Of a stretch of DNA of 64,000 nt, positions 62,413 through 64,000 are shown piece by piece. The DNA is taken from assembly GCF_049554935.1 (NCBI RefSeq), contig NZ_CP186926.1, positions 832,001 through 896,000 on the forward strand, written 5' to 3'. Numbering within the stretch: position 1 is the stretch's first letter; each line of letters begins with the position of its first letter. Source of the DNA: Methanocaldococcus indicus (lineage in GTDB: Archaea; AGJL01; Methanococci; Methanococcales; Methanocaldococcaceae). The position numbers and the translations under genes are program-made. Under the pieces are notes generated by a model that was not told the origin of the DNA, searched no databases, and saw only the letters and a list, made by a program, of their open reading frames with translations.

Positions 62413-64000
62413 TCATGTTATTCCAATATATCCAGGTCTCGGTTCAAATATATCTCCATACTTCTTTAGATTGTTTAATATCCTTTCCGTCTCTTCTTCA
62501 CTAATCCCTACCTCTAACGCTCTCCATATAATCTCATCCTTTAGGACCATATTCCCATTTGGTTCGCATATCTCCTTAATTATATTTAATACTTTATTCT
62601 CTTTCTCTCTCATAGATTTTGGTGTCCCTGCTATCTTATCTATATCTAATGTCCCTGTCTCTGGGTCATATGCTATCTGCCTTAAACAATAATCCATAAT
62701 TTCTATTGCCTCCTTTGCATCTTCCTCATCAACTACTTCCTTTAATTTTGCTTTTGCTATGGCTTCTGCCAACCTTGTTAAACTCTCAGCTTGCCTCATT
62801 GTTATTGGAATCACTCCAAACTCTTCATACCCCTTCTTTCTCATAGTTACATAATATTCAACTAAAATCTTTTCAGCTTTTTCACTAATTATTGGTCTTA
62901 ATTGCCTTGCATAATAGATATACTTGAAAATAAATTCATCATCAATCTTTACTCCTTTAATTGTAAATTCTTTTTTATCATTTAATAATACCTTTTTCTT
63001 CCATCTTAAATTATATTCATAAATGTCTTTGTCTTTCTCTTCCTTAATCTCATCTATTAATGGAAATATTAAATCAAACCTACTAATTAAATATGGTGGT
63101 AAATTTATCTGCTCCGCTATCGGCATATCCTTATCAAATCTCCCCTTCTTTGGATTACATGCAGCTAATATAGAACACCTTGCTGGTAATTTTGCTATTA
63201 TACCTGCCTTGTTTATAGAAACTGTTTGCTGTTCCATAGGTTCTAATAATGCTTTATAAATTGAAGGATTCTGTGCAATCTCATCTATACAACATGTGCC
63301 ACCATCTGCTAAAACTAATGCCCCTGGTTTAACAACCCAACTTTCCATAAACTCTGTTTTTTCCTTTGATAATGATGCAGTTATCCCTACATCAGATGAC
63401 CCAACAGCTGAGGTATATATCGCCCCAAACTTCTCTAACTTCTTCATCATTGTTGATTTTCCTATCCCTGGGTCTGTTATTAATAAAATGTGTATATCCC
63501 CCCTGTAATTATCTACACTAACTCCTTTCACTTGCTGTAAAAATATAGCTTTCTTGACTATATCATAACCTTTTATCTCCTTAAACATTGCATTTGCTAA
63601 CTTCTGAATAACCCCTCTATCTTTTGCTACTTTTTTTATCTTTTCAATGTCTTCATCTGTTAGCTTTATCTCTATTTTATCTAACTCCTCAATCCCTAAA
63701 GATATAACATATATGTCAGATACTGATGTTTTCTTGGATGGTTTCATTATAGGAACTCCTGTTATCTTTACTTTCCCAGAATAATGCCCTTCTTGTCCCT
63801 CTATAAACACAGTTATTGTGTGTTGTCTTCCATCTTTGCTAAACTCTACTGGCTCCTGAATTAATAACTCCTGGAAATTTACAAAGGTGGATAGTTTCTC
63901 TATAAATTCAAAATCAGTCTTATCTTGACAGTTATCACAAATTAATCCCTTCCCTATCTTATTTATGTCATCCCATATCCCTATCTTCACTTTCTTAACT
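62413..64000 (-). CDS. mcm: MCM replicative helicase, element-encoded (5' end outside the window)
   Basis: HILLITDPGIGKS, VVKPGALVLADGG, CIDE, AACNP, ISRFDL, RLAEA.AK. Confidence 0.95.
   Translation of the reverse strand, partial: VKKVKIGIWDDINKIGKGLICDNCQDKTDFEFIEKLSTFVNFQELLIQEPVEFSKDGRQHTITVFIEGQEGHYSGKVKITGVPIMKPSKKTSVSDIYVISLGIEELDKIEIKLTDEDIEKIKKVAKDRGVIQKLANAMFKEIKGYDIVKKAIFLQQVKGVSVDNYRGDIHILLITDPGIGKSTMMKKLEKFGAIYTSAVGSSDVGITASLSKEKTEFMESWVVKPGALVLADGGTCCIDEIAQNPSIYKALLEPMEQQTVSINKAGIIAKLPARCSILAACNPKKGRFDKDMPIAEQINLPPYLISRFDLIFPLIDEIKEEKDKDIYEYNLRWKKKVLLNDKKEFTIKGVKIDDEFIFKYIYYARQLRPIISEKAEKILVEYYVTMRKKGYEEFGVIPITMRQAESLTRLAEAIAKAKLKEVVDEEDAKEAIEIMDYCLRQIAYDPETGTLDIDKIAGTPKSMREKENKVLNIIKEICEPNGNMVLKDEIIWRALEVGISEEETERILNNLKKYGDIFEPRPGYIGIT

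Larger units (their letters stand above)
42252..64000. mobile_element. Integrated provirus, probably spindle-shaped/fusellovirus-like, with MCM replication module; right end outside the window
   Basis: att at a tRNA-Ser 3' half; VP2 homologue, two-helix capsid-like proteins, ATPase, adhesin, tyrosine recombinase, divergent MCM; no housekeeping genes after 42252. Confidence 0.88.

Overview
AT-rich archaeal chromosome segment whose gene content and order point to a Methanococcales hyperthermophile (Methanocaldococcus-like). 1-14.7 kb and 26.8-42.2 kb are mostly housekeeping genes (rio1, aIF-1A, ribC, guaAB, serB, rsmA, coaD, pycAB, tRNA-Val, hisA, pyrB, fae-hps, rps27e, rpl44e, GINS, cbiL, thiL, atpD). 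14.7-26.1 kb is a SNF2-DUF3883 / DUF1156 methylase / DUF499 restriction-like defence operon interrupted by extra genes, next to an internally deleted SLC13 transporter pseudogene. 31.7-33.4 kb is an origin-like locus (GTGAATCAAA repeats; a perfect 33-bp inverted repeat around an AT-rich core between two convergent wHTH genes). From 42252 to beyond the window end lies an element bounded by a duplicated 3' half of tRNA-Ser(GCT). It looks like a spindle-shaped (fusellovirus-like) provirus: SSV1 VP2 homologue, two-helix major capsid precursor, an unannotated 21-aa protamine-like ORF, P-loop ATPase, A24 peptidase, DUF2341 adhesin, MCM helicase with an iteron-like region, and defence-like cargo cassettes. 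The most striking observation is a provirus-encoded radical SAM/SPASM enzyme plus kinase translationally linked to an ~840-aa protein whose N-terminus carries eight aromatic-X-Asp (W/Y/H-x-D) motifs, the triceptide substrate signature. This suggests RiPP-type cyclophane crosslinking of a large viral protein. All family assignments are from motif recognition by eye; no searches were run.
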